Shown here piece by piece: positions 1 to 11,322 of a DNA stretch of 36,253 nt (position 1 is its first letter; every line of letters starts with the position of its first letter). Source of the stretch: Chiloscyllium plagiosum (Eukaryota); contig NC_057719.1 of the NCBI RefSeq assembly GCF_004010195.1, positions 85,497,410-85,533,662 of the forward strand. Reading direction: 5' to 3'. The translations under genes and the position numbers were made by a program. Under the pieces are notes generated by a model. It was not told where the DNA came from. It ran no database searches and worked only from the letters and a program-made list of their open reading frames with translations.

Positions 1-257
1 CATGGAAATGCTTAGAGCTGAGTGTGAGTCCGAGGAAGGTCCAAGTCTGTCTGGATTATGAGGGAGGGAAGGTGTCCTTTTATAACTCAGAGAACAAGAG
101 CCATATCTACACTTTCACTGGGACATTCACTGAGAAACTCTATCCTTACTTCTGCCCATGTACCACTAATGAAGGTAAAAACACAGAGCCTCTGAAAATC
201 TGTCCCCAGAGAGTAACAATCCAGGAGGATGAGGGATTCATCGCTTCATCCAAATAA
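1..257 (+). CDS. 3' end of the terminal exon of a B30.2 (PRY-SPRY) domain gene, TRIM- or butyrophilin-like; 5'-partial
   Basis: The frame from position 3 reads [52 protein letters not shown]...ASSK*, with the typical SPRY motifs LDYEGGxVSFYN, HIYTF and LYPYF. TAA is at 255-257. Confidence 0.93.
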   Translation, partial: WKCLELSVSPRKVQVCLDYEGGKVSFYNSENKSHIYTFTGTFTEKLYPYFCPCTTNEGKNTEPLKICPQRVTIQEDEGFIASSK

Positions 258-284
258 CGACCCTCTCTGTGGGAGAAAGGGGAA

Positions 285-984
285 GATCCCACACCCTGGG
301 TCACTGGGTCGGGGGGAAGGGAAGGTCCCACACACTGGGTCACTGGGTGGGGGATGGGAAGATCCCACACACTGGGTCACTGGGTGGGGGATGGGAAGAT
401 CCCACACACTGGGTCACTGGGTGGGGGATGGGAAGATCCCACACACTGGGTCACTGGGTGGGGGATGGGAAGATCCCACACACTGGGTCACTGGGTGGGG
501 GATGGGAAGATCCCACACACTGGGTCACTGGGTGGGGGATGGGAAGATCCCACACACTGGGTCACTGGGTGGGGGATGGGAAGATCCCACACACTGGGTC
601 ACTGGGTGGGGGGGAAGGGAAGGTCCCACACACTGGGTCACTGGGTGGGGGATGGGAAGATCCCACACACTGGGTCACTGGGTGGGGGATGGGAAGATCC
701 CACACACTGGGTCACTGGGTGGGGGATGGGAAGATCCCACACACTGGGTCACTGGGTGGGGGATGGGAAGATCCCACACACTGGGTCACTGGGTGGGGGA
801 TGGGAAGATCCCACACACTGGGTCACTGGGTGGGGGATGGGAAGATCCCACACACTGGGTCACTGGGTGGGGGATGGGAAGATCCCACACACTGGGTCAC
901 TGGGTGGGGGGGAAGGGAAGGTCCCACACACTGGGTCACTGGGTGGGGGATGGGAAGATCCCACACACTGGGTCACTTGGTGGG
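285..984 (+). repeat. G-rich minisatellite, 37-bp unit, about 19 copies
   Basis: The unit is GATCCCACACACTGGGTCACTGGGTGGGGGATGGGAA, starting at 285, 324, 361, 398 ... 957. A 39-bp variant junction (GGGGGGAAGGGAAGGTCCC) occurs three times. The three long ORFs here are repeat artefacts. Confidence 0.97.
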
Positions 985-1530
985 TGTTAGAAACGAAAAT
1001 CGCTTCTCAATAATCGCTCTAGACAAATTCAGGAAAACAAAGTTTTATTAGCAAGTCTGCAGAGTTGGGCACTCTTCTGAGAAAAGCGCGCCGAGGCTAA
1101 CAATGTCTTCTGATTAGATACAGGACAAGTCCCTCCCCTCTGTGGCTCTAAAGAGTCACGAGGTTCACATTCTAAACCGTTCAGCAATTTTCCATTCTAT
1201 ATCCTTATCTTAAAGTCTATAGCAGATGTCTCCCGAGTTGTTTTTTTCTTCTTACCCTGTAGTCTTATCAGTCAAGGACTTATTCTTCTCTGTCAGAGTT
1301 AGTGGTCCTATTAATCAAGGACTTGTTTTTCTATTCTGTGTGAGTGGTCTTATCAATCAAGGACTTGTTTTTCTACTCTGTCAATGTGAGTGGTCTTATC
1401 AACCCGTAGCAGCAGATGTCTCGTCTTTTATTACAGAGAAGCATGTTTTACCCTACCCCTATGGCTCTATTCCCCTTAGACTCTGAGGTCATGCACATCT
1501 CAGTTGTTTGTACCGAAATCGTCTCTCACA
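985..1530 (-). mobile_element. Probable ERV/LTR-retrotransposon solo LTR (about 546 bp)
   Basis: It has TG...CA ends with an imperfect terminal inverted repeat (TGTTAGAAACGA / TCGTCTCTCACA, 10 of 12 match). A minus-strand AATAAA lies about 60 nt from the end (TTTATT near 1044-1049). About three tandem 41-45 bp U3-like repeats lie at 1262-1402. No clean TSD was seen. Confidence 0.7.
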
Positions 1531-1742
1531 GTGACCTTATAGAAGTCTATAAAAATTAGATAGTGTCTTTTCCCTAGAGTGGGGGATTTCAAGACTAGGG
1601 GCAAATTATTAAGATGGGAGGAGAAAGATTTTTTTTTAAATCATGCGCTTTGTTTTGCACAGAGAATAGTGTATGGAATGAAATTCCAGAGGAAGTGGTG
1701 GATTCAGGTACAGTTACAACATTTAAAAGACATTTGGATAAG
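1531..1742 (+). mobile_element. Degenerate CR1/HER1 LINE 3' fragment
   Basis: GTGACCTTATAGAAGTCTATAAAA...GTATGGAATGA...CCAGAGGAAGTGGTGGA is similar to the better-preserved copy at 1865-2427. Confidence 0.75.
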
Positions 1743-1864
1743 AACAGTCAGTTTAGCCTCTATCTGGATGAAGAATAAAAGAAAGCACAAAATAAACTTG
1801 GATTTAAAACATTATTGCTGGTCAATTCAAGGTCAATGTGTGATCAAGATTAAAGCGATTAAAG

Positions 1865-2427
1865 TGGTTAGGACACCGTTGAAATATTGCGTGCAATTCT
1901 GGTCTCTTTCCTATTGGAAAGATGTTGTGAAACTTGAAAGGGTTCAGAAAAGATTTAGAAGGATGTTACCAGGGTTGGAGGATCTGAGCTACAGGGAGAG
2001 GCTGAACAGGCTGGGGCTGTTTTCCCTGGAGCGTCGGAGGCTGAGGGGTGACCTTAGAGAGGTTTACAAAATTATGAGGGGCATAGATAGGATAAATAGA
2101 CAAAGTCTTTTCCCTGGGGTCAGGGAGTCCAGAACTAGACGGCATAGGTTACGGGTGAGAGGGGAGAGATATAAAAGAGACCTAAGGGGCAACCTTTTCA
2201 TGTAGAGGGTGGTACGTGTATGGAATGAGCTGCCAGAGGATGTGGTGGAGGCTGGTACAATTGCAACATTTAAGAGGCATTTGGATGGGTATATGAATAG
2301 GAAGGGTTTGGAGGGATATTGGCCGGGTGCTGGCAGGTGGGACTAGATTGGGTTGGGATATCTGGTCAGCATGGATGGGTTGGACTGAAGGGTCTGTTTC
2401 CATGCTGTACAGCTCTATGACTCTATG
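1865..2427 (+). mobile_element. CR1-clade LINE (HER1-like), 5'-truncated 3' end
   Basis: It encodes the ORF2 C-terminus YCVQFWS...LERVQKRF.RMLPGL..LSYRERL.RLGLFSLERRRLRGDL, followed by the 3' UTR and a CTCTATGA tandem tail. Confidence 0.92.
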
Positions 2428-3239
2428 AAAGAAATATTTTGCAGACTGGACTACATTTAGGGACAATTGTTTTATTTCTTGTTATTTTCCCCCTACTTAC
2501 ATTCAATTGTTGCTGATAATAATGTGTAGGGATTTTTGATGCAGTTCCTTATTGATCACCAAACGCAGAGACACAACACTGAGAAAAGGAATAGAAAGAT
2601 ATGTTGGCTGTGTCAGATGAGGCTGGATGGCAGATGACACTTGTGAAGCATTCACCAGTTGGTCTGAATGGTTTGTTTCTTTGTTGTCATTTCCATGCAT
2701 TCAATGTGCTGATGTTTCTGCAGCTATTACTTTTGATGCATGCACAATACTTTAGAATTGTACTGGAGGTTCCAGGGGTCTTAATTTGCTCATTTGGGAC
2801 TTTACCCCATAAAGTAACAAGACACAGTCTAGTGCAGTGACTCAGAAAACCTTACTTAGGTCATAAATAACAGCTATTAAAGGAGGCCAGTAACATTCTG
2901 GGTACACTCTGGATCTTTCTTCCTGGGTTGAGGGTACAGGCTCAGAGACAGCTCTTGGTCCCTCTCCAGTGCCTTGAGGTCTTCCACTCCTGATTGAAAG
3001 CAGCAGAACTTCAAACGTCTTGAGATTTCAGTTTCTCCATTTCCATGTTAAGATTCATCCTATTGTATTATCTGTAATCTGTGAATCATTTTGACTCAGA
3101 TTTATGTAAATAGAGACCGAAAAAGAAGAACAAGGATACAGCTCTTGGAGAAGGTGGAGATCACACTTAGTGGGCTTTGTATAATTGTGGTCTCCACATT
3201 GTAAAAGGATACGGCAGCATTAATGGATGATCCAGTGGT

Positions 3240-4903
3240 TTAGTTAGAAGAAAGAACAAAGAACATTGCTGGGCCTCCAAGCCTGTACTGATCCAGATCC
3301 TCTATCTAAAACTGCCGTCTATTTTCTGTAGCCCTCTGTTCCCTGTCCATTCATGTATCTGTCTAGATACATCTTAAATGACTCGATCGTGCCCGTCTCT
3401 ACCACCTCTGCTGGCAACAAGTTCCAGACACCTACCACCCTCTGCATAAAGAACTATCCACGCATGTCTCCCTTAAACCTTTCCCTTCTCACTTTGAACT
3501 CATGACCCCTACTAATTAAGTCCCCCACTTTGGGAAAAAACTTCTTGCTATCCATCCTGTCTATACCTCTCATAATTTAATAGACCTCAGTCAGGTCCCC
3601 CATCCAATCCTCCATCTTTCCAATGAAAATAATCCTATCTACTCAACCTCTCCTCATAGCTAGCACCCTCCATAACCAGGCAACATTCCGGTGAACCTCC
3701 TCTGCACTTTCTCCAAAGCATCAACATCCTTTTGCTAATGTGGCGACCAGAACTATAGGCAGTATTCAAAATGTGGCCGAACCAAAGTCTTATACAACTC
3801 TAACGTGACCTGTTATTGCTTGTACTCAATATCCTGTCCGATGAAGAAAACATGCCGTATGCCTTCTTGACCACTCCATTGACCTGCGTTGTCACCTTCA
3901 GGGAAAAATGGATCTGAACACCCAGATCTCTCCCAACATCAATTTTCCCCAGGACTTTGCCATTTACTATGTAGTTCACTCTTGAATTGGATCTTCCAAA
4001 ATGTATCACCTCGCATTTGCCCAGATTGAACTCAATCTGCCATTTCTCCATCCAACTCTCCAATCCATCTATATTCTGCTGTATTCCCTGACAGTCCCCT
4101 CACTATTTGCTGCTCCACCAATCTTAGTGTCATCTGCAAACTTGCTAATCAGACCACCTATACGTTCCTCGAGACCATTTATGTATGTCACAACTAACAG
4201 TGGTCCCAGCACAGATCCCTGTGGAACACCAATGGTCACAGTTCTCTGTTTTGAGAAACTCCCTTCCACTACTACTTTCTGTCTCCTGTTGCCCAGCCAG
4301 TTCTCTATCCATCTAGCCAGTACACCTTGGACCTCATGCAACTTCACTTTCTCCATCAGCCTACAATGGTGAACCATATCAAATGTATTATTGAAGTCCA
4401 TTTATATGACACCTACAGCCCTTCACTCATCAATCAACTTTGTCACTTCCTCAAAGTATTCTATTAATTTGGTAAGATATAACCTTCCCTGCACAAAACC
4501 ATGGAGACCTCAAACAATAAGTGACTCCCAGTCAATGTTGGGAAAATTAAAATCTCCCATTACCACCATCCTGTTGCTCCTATGTCATTCCAAAATCTGT
4601 TTACATATTTGTACCTCTATCTCACACTTGCTGTTGGCAAGCCTGTAGTACATTGTTACCATATCCTTCCTATTTCTAAGCTCTGCCAAATATTGTTTCA
4701 CTGCTCGAGTTCTCCATCGGACCCTCCTGCAGCACAGCTGTGATATCCTCGCTGACCAATAATTCAACTCCTCAACCCCTTTTACCTCCCTCTCTATCCC
4801 GCCTGAAGCATCGATATCCTGGGATATTTAGTTGCCAATGATGCCTTTCCCTCAACCAAGTCTCAGTAATAGCAATAACATCATACTCCCAAGTACTAAT
4901 CCA
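3240..4903 (-). mobile_element. CR1-clade LINE, internally deleted (RT and endonuclease remnants)
   Basis: Minus-strand ORF pieces include GVPQGSVLGPLL, KFADDTK and W...WQIEFN.GKC.VIHFG. An AGAAC-type tail lies at about 3245-3265. Confidence 0.92.
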
Positions 4904-4910
4904 GACCTTC

Positions 4911-5085
4911 TTAGTTAGAAGAAAGAACAAAGAACATTGCTGGGCCTCCAAGCCTGTACTGATTCAGATCCTCTATCTAAAACTGCCGTCTATTTTCTGT
5001 AGCCCTCTGCTCCCTGTCCATTCATGTATCTGTCTAGATACATCTTAAATGACTCTATTGTGCCCGTCTCTACCACCTCTGCTGG
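4911..5085 (-). repeat. 175-bp direct duplicate of the LINE 3' end at 3240-3414
   Basis: TTAGTTAGAAGAAAGAACAAAGAAC...ACCACCTCTGCTGG is present twice, with 4 mismatches by manual count. Confidence 0.93.
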
Positions 5086-5295
5086 TAAGAAGGTCTGGAT
5101 TCAAGTCCCACCTGGACAGATGTGTTTCATAACATGTTTGAATAGGTTGGGTATATCACTATAGAGGCACTGAAGAAGGATTTGTTGCTGGCCAATTTTG
5201 CACCTGGAAGTCAACTGTCCCTGTTATACCCTAGAGTTGAGGTTTTTGAAGAAAAATGAAATAAATATATAATTAGAAAGATTTTAATGTGTGTT

Positions 5296-5608
5296 GGCAT
5301 GGTGGCTCAGTGGTTAGCACTGCTGCCTCACAGTGCCAGGGACCTGGGTTCAATTCCTACCTTGGGTCACTGTCTGCGTGGAGTTTGCACATTCTCCCTG
5401 TGTCTGTCTGGGTTTCCTCCCACAGTCTAAACGATGTGCCAGTTAGGTCGATTGGCCATATACTACATTGCCCATAGTGTTCAGGGATATGTTGGTTAGG
5501 TGCATTAGTCAGGGGTAAATGTAGAGTAGTAGGGGAATGGGGGATTCGGAGGGTCAGTGTGGACTTGTTGGGCTGAAGGGCCTGTTTCCACACTGTAAGG
5601 ATTCTATG
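5296..5608 (+). mobile_element. HE1-type tRNA-derived V-SINE
   Basis: It has box A TGGCTCAGTGG, box B GGTTCAATTCC, the V-domain GTGGAGTTTGCACATTCTCC...GGGTTTCCTCC, and a LINE-like tail GGCCTGTTTCCACACTGTA. Confidence 0.92.
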
Positions 5609-6269
5609 TAATAATTTTTTAAAAAGCAACCAAGTATTAGCCTTCAACAAAATAAAGATTAGTTTGTGGCACAACCATTGCTTCAAGTTATTAAAACAAA
5701 AAGTATAAACTTAATAAAATTACAGACTAAAAGTTTTGAAAGTATTCAAAGATAAAAAGAGACTTTTGAGATGAAAATAAAATCAGTCTTTAAGACTGTG
5801 GGCAGAGGGTCTGGAAGATTGAGGGAGAAACACGACCCATGTTTTTGAGGAGTGTGGTGGGGTGCTGCTGAAGGGCTACAGGAAGTGAGTTAAAAACTTC
5901 AATCTGTCAGCAAACAGAGAAAGTAACACCCTGAGAGTCTGCAGAGATCGAGAAGGTGTGAGCTGTAATGAGGGAGAGAGGAGAGTGAGGTACTAACCTG
6001 AGGGTTAACAAATGTAAATCCTGGTTCTCAGGTAGTTTTGAGATCAGGAGCAGGGTTTGTGTCTCTGATACAATTGCACACAACAATCATCAGTCTGTTG
6101 CTCACTGAAAACTGGAATCTGATATATCCCCTGCTCCTAGCCTGTTATGTCCTAATTTCCTCTCATCTATGAACACAAGCATTTAAACAGGGCAGTTCAT
6201 TGAGCGTCCCATTCCTCAGGTCTCCACACAAAATGAGAATTCATATTGAGTGGTTACCAATGCGACCTG

Positions 6270-6468
6270 AAAGCATGAGGGACTTGGATTTAATTCCAGC
6301 CTTGGGTGACTGTAGAGTTTTCATGTTCTCCCCATGTCTATCTGGGGTTTCCTCTCACAGTCCAAAGATGTACAGGTTAGGTGGATTGGCCATGTTTCAA
6401 AAAAAACCTATGTGGGCTGGTACAGACTTGATGGGCTGAATAGTCTCTTTCTGTGCTGTAGGGATTGT
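6270..6468 (+). mobile_element. Degenerate HE1-type SINE
   Basis: TTCTCCCCATGTCTATCTGGGGTTTCCTCTCACAGTCCAAAGATGTACAGGTTAGGTGGATTGGCCATG matches the SINE core. Confidence 0.75.
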
Positions 6469-6554
6469 GTTTTCACAGATCTTCATGTTATATCATCAGA
6501 TAATAAGCAAAATTCAGCATTTGATTTTTAAGTCTAAACTGTCCCAAGCTTCTC

Positions 6555-7070
6555 CATCATCCAAAAGTCAGGAGTGTAGTGGAATACTCTGCACTTACCT
6601 GTTTGAATGTAGTTACATCACTTAAGAAGCTCCTTGAGAATAATGGCCATTTGTACAGCCCGAATTACTCCTATGCAGTCACACCTTCGCAAACACCGTA
6701 CAGTTCGAGCAGTGTGTACCATCTACAAGATGCACTGTCGCATCTCAACATGACTCTGCATCTTCCAAATGCAGGACCTCTACCACAGAGATGAACAAAA
6801 CCTTCAGATGCACCATCACGTGCAAGTTCCCCTCAAAGCCACACTTTCCTGTTCACTGTTCCTTCGGTACTGCTAGTTCCAAATAGGAAAACTGCCTCCC
6901 CAAGCATCACCCCATGTTACTTACCTCACATCGACTACAGCACTGAGAAGGGAGTTCTCCAATTCCCTCCCCCACCACTATCAATCGCAATTGAGAAAGG
7001 CAATAAATATGATCAATAAATTACAAACAAGACCGCCCCTGTCAGTGATGTATCCGTCCAGGAATGAATA
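6555..7070 (+). mobile_element. Old LINE 3' fragment (family also at 10215-10720 minus and 28380-28720 plus)
   Basis: The shared motif GCAGTGTGTACCATCTACAAGATGCACTG...GCAAGTTCCCCTC recurs at the other loci. Confidence 0.6.
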
Positions 7071-7709
7071 AAAAGGAAATGAAATATGTGATTATGTGAA
7101 GAAAATCACCCAGAACAGGGTTTGTCCTTTATCCTTCAAGCAGATTTAGAAAGGTACAGACATTATTGTGTTTGGTAATTATCTGAAGTTATTATTGTTG
7201 AAGTTTTAATTTTAAACACCCGTTTGTAGTCATACAAGTGAGCCCTGTCTTTGAAATGCTTGTGAGAATATAAAATTAGTGTTTCTGAAAATCTCTATGG
7301 AATCGTCACACATCTGTAACCTGGTGTTACTATAATCAACCACATGGAGTTGACCTTCACTTGAACCTATGGGAAGAGTTCATGAAATCTCTGGCATGTG
7401 TTACTCAGCATTCTGTCCCTCCTTAAATATCATCTCCCGTGGTAATAACTGTATTTTTCATTTTATTTGTAAGTATTGCAGGAGAACTGCTGTAGGATCT
7501 TACCCGATGCCAAAGCAGTGATTCTTTGGTGACCCCATTACTGGGGATAGGGGGATTTGCACCATTGGGACCAAGTTTCCTTTCAACTGTGATGAGGTCA
7601 GACTCCTGCTGATACATATAACTAGGGCTGTAGACAGCATTTGAAATTAAATAGCGGGGAGATTATCGGAGATATTCATTGCCATACCCTTGTGGAGAAT
7701 AAATGTCAC

Positions 7710-7965
7710 TTGCAACTTAGCAACCAAACCTGGATGTTGTCCAGGTCTTGCTGCATATGATCGTGGACTACTTTAGTAGAAGGAGCCGCGAATGGTTCTG
7801 AACATTGTACATACATCAGCAAACTTACCCACTTCTCACTTTCTAATAAGGGGAAGATCAGTGATGAAGCAACAGGAGATGAATAGGCTTAGGACACCGT
7901 TCTGAGGAACTCCTGCAGAGATGGCCTGGGGCTGAGATCATTGATCTCCAAAAACCACAATCATC
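7710..7965 (-). mobile_element. Old LINE fragment (RT region)
   Basis: The reverse complement gives GVPQ-like (CTGAGGAACTCC) and FAD-like (CATCAGCAAAC) remnants. Confidence 0.55.
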
Positions 7966-10214
7966 TTCTAAGAACTCCTGACAGTTTGCAAACATTGCCG
8001 ACAGGTTCAATATATACTTCCCTGAACTGGGTTTCTTCTGTGGCCAGTTCAGAGGGGAATTAAGAATCAATGTGTTTCAGTGGATTTGAAGACTGTTTTA
8101 AGCCAGATTAGATAAGGATGGTAGCTTTCATTCACTGAAGAATATTAGTGATTCAGATGCTAATTTAGAACATAGAACATAGAACATAAGTAATTTTGAA
8201 AAAAACTCTTACCTTAGCTGTAGTCTCCCGGGTTCACCTCAACTCGGCCGCTGCTCCCACTCAAATGACCAAACTATAACTATTTATAACTATTGATTCC
8301 AGATTTTTAAAAGTTGAATTTGAATTTAACCATCTGCCATAATGGGAATCCAACCCACATCCCCAGAACATTAGATTGGGATTTTGGATTGTCTAGCAAC
8401 ATTCTAACTGCACTATGGTCTTCCAAAATACCTGGCAAATAGAGGTTCAACAGATTGTATTTTCACACAATCAATGATTCCAAGATTTCATGTGCCTTAC
8501 TCTGACTACAGACACCTCTTACTGATCTGCCCTGAGGAAGATCTAGATCAGGGAAAGAATGCATGGAACCCAGAATCACCAGTTCAGTTGTCAACCTCTA
8601 AGCAGCTGGGAAGGTCTTCCTCAACTATGTCCCTCAGCCCTTCAATTACTCTTTCACATCAATTCCTCAGACATATCCCACTGCTTTTGAGATCTGAGTC
8701 ACACTGATCTTGTGGTTGCATACAATATGTTATTTTTCTCTTCCCTGCACTCAAGATCTCCCTGGGCTATTTCAATGAAGTGCAGGAGTGACTCCAATTC
8801 CTTATTGATGAGATCCAATTTATGACGTTACATTGGTTTGTAATCTCATCAGTTGTGTTTTCATAGATTTTATATCTTTCAGCTGATAATTACTGTCACG
8901 AGAACAGATACCGCAGGTACTCAAAGTGCTGAAAAACAAATTTGAAACAACAGACACAACTCAGATCACATCTTGTTTTCCCTTCTATTGCTCCACAGTG
9001 GCTGAGCAAAGCATCAATTGTAAAACTCATCCTTGCTTCCAAATTTCTCCAAGGTCTCACCTCTTTTCATTTCTATTTCTGACTCCAACTGAGATGTCTA
9101 CATTCCTTCTGGTGTCTTGCACATTGCTCCATCGTTGGCATCTGTGCTTTGAAATGCTGAAGGCCTCTGTTCTAGAATCTCCTCCAGAAACCCTCCAGCG
9201 CTCAATAGCTCTCTGTTCCCAAGCTCTGGCCCTTCATCTTTATTCCCTCATCGTTTTTTGTGAAAATGTTTCTGCGATGTTCCAGAGCCATTTTTTCTAT
9301 GATATAGGCTCCATACACATACAGGCTGTGGTTATTGTATTTTTGTCATTGCATCCAGTATCTAAATCAGGTCAAGCAGCATTCAAGTTTGGGTTACAGA
9401 GTTAATAGTCTGATCTCCCTTTGCCCTAGATATCCTATTGACTATTTCAGGATGAGTACAATAAATTGATATCATTTTACAGTAATCCAGCTTTCAATCA
9501 TCTGTTGCTATTTCATGGAGGTGTTGATTTGATTATAGAATATAATTGACCCCATATCTGCCTTGTAGATGCATTTGCTATCAAGCTGTTGAGACCAGGC
9601 CTCCAAAAAGCAGGTCCCCAGAATCAGATTGAGCTCCATAGGTAGGGATGGTCTATATCCATATTCATGTGTGAGTAGTATGTCATCAATAATGATACTT
9701 TGGAAACGTATTGCTCAATGTAATAATGGCGGAAGATTTGCTATTAACATTATATTTACAGCTTAAAGTCTTCTCTGTCTTTATGTACAAATTTCATTGC
9801 CACTTCAAGCAAGGTTTGATATGGAACTAAATGCAGAAAAATCAAAAGATTGCTGTTGGAGATGTGTCTCCTTTCTGACTCACTCCTCCTTTCATTTCAT
9901 TGAATGATCTGAATTTCCTGGAATAGGATTTGACTATAAAATAAATTTGGCTCAGGCAGTGAGGTCATTTCCAGTCAAAGTGACTTTTTAACAAAGAGAT
10001 GCTTTAGTTACAGCAGTGAACATCTCTGACACAAGTCTGGACTGTGGTTGGTCCTGGTTATAAATCTTGTCTGGACAGCATTGAAAACAGAAACTGCTGA
10101 CTTTTCCTTGTTCTCTTTTTATCTCTTATCCTAATGTTTATTTCCCTCTATATTTCTTCTTCACCTGATTTGACAGTGCTTTGTTTTATATGTTAGTTTA
10201 TGGGACATTTCTTG

Positions 10215-10720
10215 TCCATCTCTAATTGCTTTTGAGAAGGTGATGGTGAACAGTGTGATTGAACTCCTACAGCCATAGTGCCATTAGGAAAGGATGTCAA
10301 GGGTTTTGACCCATCAACAATAAAGGAACAATGTTACAACTTCAGGTCAGGATGGTGAGTGGCTCAAAGGGGCCTTTTCCAGTGGTAGTCTTCCCATATG
10401 TCTGCTGCCCTTGTCCTTCAAGATAGATATTGTGTATCTGGAAGGTATTGTTGCAGGAGCCTGTTGGTTTGCTACATACTGCTGCCTGTGAGCATTGTCA
10501 GTGCAGAGAGAAGTGTTTAAGGTGGAAGATGAGGTGTCGATCAAACAGGTTGTTTCCTCTTGGATGGCACCAAGTTTCTTAAGTGTTATTCGAGCTGCAT
10601 TCATTCAGATGAATCGAATGTGTTCCATCACAATCTTGACTTTTGCCTTAGAGGATGGACAGGCATAGGGGTGACAGGAGGAGAGTTACTTGGTGTAATA
10701 TTCATGGTTTGACTTCGAGG
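10215..10720 (-). mobile_element. Old LINE 3' fragment
   Basis: It shows reverse-complement similarity to 6555-7070 and 28380-28720, and CCCATATGTCTGCTGCCCTTGTCCTTC recurs near 15643. Confidence 0.6.
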
Positions 10721-10729
10721 TACAATATT

Positions 10730-11322
10730 ACCCATCAGCAATTTTCTACAATTAGGCAGGAGCTGACTTCATTCATCCCAATATGTAGAGTTAATTCATT
10801 AATACAATATTCAAAATGCCAGCTGAGGTAATGTACTTTCTCCTCCTCCCTTATCTTGTTAATGATGATCCCAGAATTATAGCACCTCACAGAAAAGCTG
10901 TTGTGAAGAAATGAAAGTCATCCTTCTTCTATTCCTTGTTATTGCCAGCACTGAGCAATCCCCTACACATCATGAAGGTAAGTGATGACTTTGTCATGTT
11001 TTGGTCCTTCATTTTGTGAATTTAAACAGGGATACATAATGGACAGAACACGCATAGGTCAACTTGGATCCTGGTCGGTACCATTTCATCCTTTCTCAGG
11101 GGGTTCCCTCACTCCCGAGAATTCATATCCTTCCCCCAGAGATTCCTGGAGCTACATCTCTTTGTTGCTTAATGAAGAAGGTACTGACTGTCCACAGATG
11201 ATCAGTGCGGTGTTCCCATCAGGACTGTAATCAATTCTGCAATGTGCCAGAGGGCACACGATGTCTCTGAACTGTGACACAATATAAATCCCTCCCTTAT
11301 TCCCTCTTCCTTTTGTCCTTCT
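10730..11322 (+). repeat. Local duplicate of 20293-20878 (intelectin signal-peptide exon plus flanks)
   Basis: Collinear blocks such as GGCAGGA.CTGACTTCAT.CATCCCAAT, ATTCAAAATGCCAGCTGAG and CACAGATGATCAGTGCGGTGTTCCCATCAGGAC are present at both sites. Confidence 0.92.

Noticed and set aside
285..984. CRISPR-like 37-bp repeats
   Set aside because: The units are contiguous with no unique spacers, there are no cas genes, and the context is vertebrate.
229..1051. Three overlapping 219-260 aa repetitive ORFs
   Set aside because: The 37-bp unit lacks stop codons, so all frames stay open and give the same cyclic peptide. This is a minisatellite artefact.
3240..5085. LTR retrotransposon (direct terminal repeats around RT)
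   Set aside because: The RT is CR1-type, the repeats are the LINE's own 3' end, and there are no TG..CA ends or PBS.
5296..5365. tRNA genes at SINE heads (also 23104, 26365, 27488, 29294, 31003)
   Set aside because: The A and B boxes run into SINE bodies, and no complete cloverleaf is evident.
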